The translations under genes and the position numbers were made by a program. From the NCBI RefSeq assembly GCF_001194135.2, contig NC_068982.1, positions 143,893,611-143,957,610 of the forward strand: a stretch of 64,000 nt of DNA, read 5' to 3'. The notes under the pieces were generated by a model. It did not search any database. It saw only the letters and a program-made list of their open reading frames with translations, and was not told the origin of the DNA. Source of the DNA: Octopus bimaculoides. Lineage: Eukaryota. Positions 1-64,000 of this stretch are shown here, piece after piece (position 1 is the stretch's first letter; every line of letters begins with the position of its first letter).

Positions 1-325
1 AGCCCCAGGAGGACATCTCCTCCAGCTGGCTTATCGACACACGACTGTGTCCTGTTTGCCAAGGGAGTTATCCCTCTCACCACGGCCAGCAGCACGAACG
101 TATCCGGATTTCAGGGTTATTTCCCTTCGTCGGCGTTCGACAGCCGATGACCTTGGTGAGAGAGAAAAACCTGGCAAATCTTATATCTTCTTTTCCAGTG
201 GCATTCTTCACTGATATTGAAAAGGTGAAAACAAGCAATGTTAATTCTCTAAATGAAGTATTAACAGTAACTGCACGATAAAGTGTAGTATATTGCCACT
301 TAAGTGTGGCTGACCCCTAATATAT

Positions 326-790
326 ATTAAACAGCCGCAAGATTAAAATTAATCATAGGACACACTAAGTATGCCTACCTGCTGGAAATAACAGTCAAAA
401 CTCTTATTTAAATCACCGAAGAAACACTGGTAATAACTACAGAAATCAGCCGTCTGCGAGCGAACGGGTTAAGACAATCTTTCAACATACATTCAAGTAT
501 TTGGACTCACGTGGACCGTTTTCTGGACTTGCGTTATAGCTTCACCTAGCTGGTAACACGTCCTGAGGAAGGTGAGGCTATAATGCCAGTCCAGAAACCG
601 GTCCACGTAAGTCCAAATACTTGAATGTATGTTGAAAGATTGTCTTGACCTGTTTACTCGCAGACGGTTGATTTCTGTAGCTATTATCAGTGTTTTTCGG
701 CGATTTAAATAAGAGTTTTGACTATTATTTCCAGCAGGTAGTCATACTTAGTATGTCCGTTGATTAATTTTAATCCTTCAGCTATTTAAT
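326..790. repeat. Fold-back element: about 220-bp imperfect inverted arms (326-547 / 570-790) with a 22-nt loop
   Basis: e.g. ttcaacatacattcaagtatttggact in the left arm and agtccaaatacttgaatgtatgttgaa in the right arm; matches continue to the outer ends. Confidence 0.85.
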
Positions 791-1700
791 GCTTTTTGGG
801 GGCCTGCAATCGCCTATATTATTAATTCTGTTATTATCATTTGTAATTGTTACACTAGATAATAATAGAGTCAATAATATTTTCTCCTGAATTATATGGT
901 CCGTATTGATATATATATATATAATTCTGAAAATCTTAACGCGGACAGAAAGCGTTTTCGTCTTGAAAAAGCTTATCATTTAGACGTTATAGTGCTAAAA
1001 GCACTGAGATATCAGTAGCAAGCGAAGTGTCCGGTAATGATGACGGAATTGCTAAATTATGATTTCTATGTTTTTGCACGTCTTCAGTTGCAGGTAACCA
1101 TTATCAACAGTATGATACAACGTAGTCGTATGGTAGCAGAATATTTTAGATAGATGTATTCAATTATTTAGTTAAAACTGTCTAAATCTTCTGTACCTAC
1201 GTTTTCCTTTCAAAATATGTTCGATAACTTTAATCATTGATTACTGTGTGTCACTTTTTTTAAGCTGCGTTCTCGTCTTGGCATAAAAATGAAAATAACA
1301 GATGACAGCTATCAAAGTAAACGAGGTGCTACCGTATAACATAGAATATAATTTTGAAATGTGCAGTATCAAACAGTTCAGAAAACATAGGTTCAAAAGA
1401 AAATATGTATTTCATAATTTTCTAGTTATGATACGGTTTTCAAAATAACTGTGGATTTTCAACAATAACGATGCACTGATGACGCCCATTGATAGAGAAA
1501 CACCAGTTCATAGCTGTTCTCTTGTTGCCATAAAAAAAATTATTTGTCTTTTCCTTAAGCCATGTAAATTCAGGTGATTGAATGTTCATTCGTTCAAATT
1601 ATCGCCCATCCTACTTGGAATCTGTTGCAGTTTTTTCATGTTTACCCTATCTCAATATAAAAATTATTCAATAAATCAAGAATTTAACTTCATGCTACTG

Positions 1701-1893
1701 ACCACTGTGTGTTAAGTAGCTTGCTTACCAACCACATGGTTCTGGGTTCAGTCCCACTGCATCGCACCTTGGGCAAGTGTCTTCTACTATAACCTCGGGC
1801 CGACCAAAGCCTTGTGGGTGGATTTGGTAGACGGAAACTGAAAGAAGCCCGTCGTATATGTGTGTACTTGTGTGCATGTTTGTGTGTCAGTGT
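1701..1893 (+). mobile_element. SINE family 1, 3'-truncated
   Basis: Near-identical to 36440-36600. Confidence 0.8.
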
Positions 1894-2306
1894 TTGTTCG
1901 AGTCTCATGGCTGGCCGGTAACGTATTTTCTGCAATGTATGGATAATTTATCCTGATCACGCTATTTATTAGCATTATCACGCGTTTGAGAATAAAAAAA
2001 ATATTATTTCTCTCTCTCTCTCTCTCTATNNNNNNNNNNNNNNNNNNNNNNNNNNNNNNNNNNNNNNNNNNNNNNNNNNNNNNNNNNNNNNNNNNNNNNN
2101 NNNNNNNNNNNNNNNNNNNTATGTATGTATGAGAGAGAGAGAGAGTTTTATTCAAAGATCTTAAATGTCAGTCGATCTTATTTCTTTTGATCCCTCCCCA
2201 TTGTTTAAACAATCTTCTTAATTAAATGATATTTAAAAAGTGATGTAGTAACCTTGTTGTTTATATTTTAATACTTTCAGGTAATTTGCTCAATAAAACT
2301 TAAAGA

Positions 2307-63062
<60,756 letters not shown>

Positions 63063-63246
63063 GTTTGTTTTTGCTACTGTTGGTATTATTAAATTTTTAT
63101 TAGTAGTACTAGTATTATTAAGGTGGAAAGCTGGCTAAATCATGAGCACACTGGGCCAAATCCTCAGCAGCCTTTTGTTTGTCATTACGTTCTGAGTTTT
63201 CTGCTGAGGTCAACCAATAACAACCTGGATTATTTAATGAAAGAAT

Positions 63247-64000
63247 ATCATCATCATCGTTTAACGTCCGCTTTCCATGCTAGCATGGGTTGGACGATTT
63301 GACTGAGGACTGGTGAAACCGGATGGCAACACCAGGCTCCAGTCTGATTTGGCAGAGTTTCTACAGCTGGATGCCCTTCCTAACGCCAACCACTCAGAGA
63401 GTGTAGTGGGTGCTTTTACGTGTCACCCGCACGAAAACGGCCACGCTCGAAATGGTGTCTTTTATGTGCCANNNNNNNNNNNNNNNNNNNNNNNNNNNNN
63501 NNNNNNNNNNNNNNNNNNNNNNNNNNNNNNNNNNNNNNNNNNNNNNNNNNNNNNNNNNNNNNNNNNNNNNNNNNNNNNNNNNNNNNNNNNNNNNNNNNNN
63601 NNNNNNNNNNNNNNNNNNNNNNNNNNNNNNNNNNNNNNNNNNNNNNNNNNNNNNNNNNNNNNNNNNNNNNNNNNNNNNNNNNNNNNNNNNNNNNNNNNNN
63701 NNNNNNNNNNNNNNNNNNNNNNNNNNNNNNNNNNNNNNNNNNNNNNNNNNNNNNNNNNNNNNNNNNNNNNNNNNNNNNNNNNNNNNNNNNNNNNNNNNNN
63801 NNNNNNNNNNNNNNNNNNNNNNNNNNNNNNNNNNNNNNNNNNNNNNNNNNNNNNNNNNNNNNNNNNNNNNNNNNNNNNNNNNNNNNNNNNNNNNNNNNNN
63901 NNNNNNNNNNNNNNNNNNNNNNNNNNNNNNNNNNNNNNNNNNNNNNNNNNNNNNNNNNNNGCGCAATCGTCTCTCTTGCACGCCACAACTGATGCTTCTA
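63247..64000 (-). mobile_element. RTE LINE 3' portion spanning a gap
   Basis: (TGA)n tail and UTR of the same family as 30287; the sequence after the gap matches the RRL-coding segment near 30889. Confidence 0.75.

Noticed and set aside
1000-1099. Putative non-coding first exon or promoter ending at CAG|GTAACC
   Set aside because: Only a donor-like motif and mild CpG enrichment; not supportable as a feature without transcript data.
1476-1510. CTGATGA..GAAAC with hammerhead-like spacing
   Set aside because: The intervening CGCCCATTGATAGA cannot form stem II and stem I is unconvincing; at best a dead relic.

Overview
AT-rich, repeat-dense animal genomic DNA with eight N-gaps. The SINE, RTE and microsatellite landscape suggests an octopus (inference from recalled repeat families; no search run). 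One plus-strand gene spans almost the whole window: a CPED1-like gene (cadherin-like and PC-esterase domain protein). I assembled 17 GT-AG coding exons from ATG 2307 to 63062 (2601 nt, 867 codons, no stops, all intron phases compatible), and the gene continues past the window end. The predicted protein has an N-terminal signal-anchor, a TTL/ATP-grasp-like region, a cadherin-like beta-sandwich and the start of the PC-esterase region. Introns hold decayed mariner/Tc1, Tigger, RTE and Penelope elements, several MITEs (one piggyBac-type with TTAA TSDs, one hAT-type with an exact 8-bp TSD, one weaker hAT-like) and three tRNA-derived SINE families. The most unusual signal is a set of inverted-arm (fold-back) elements carrying hammerhead-ribozyme cores. 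One at 6257-6312 matches the minimal type I hammerhead consensus fully and lies sense to the host pre-mRNA. In three elements the mirror arm is broken at the catalytic CUGANGA box. Repeat boundaries are approximate unless TSDs or TIRs are quoted.
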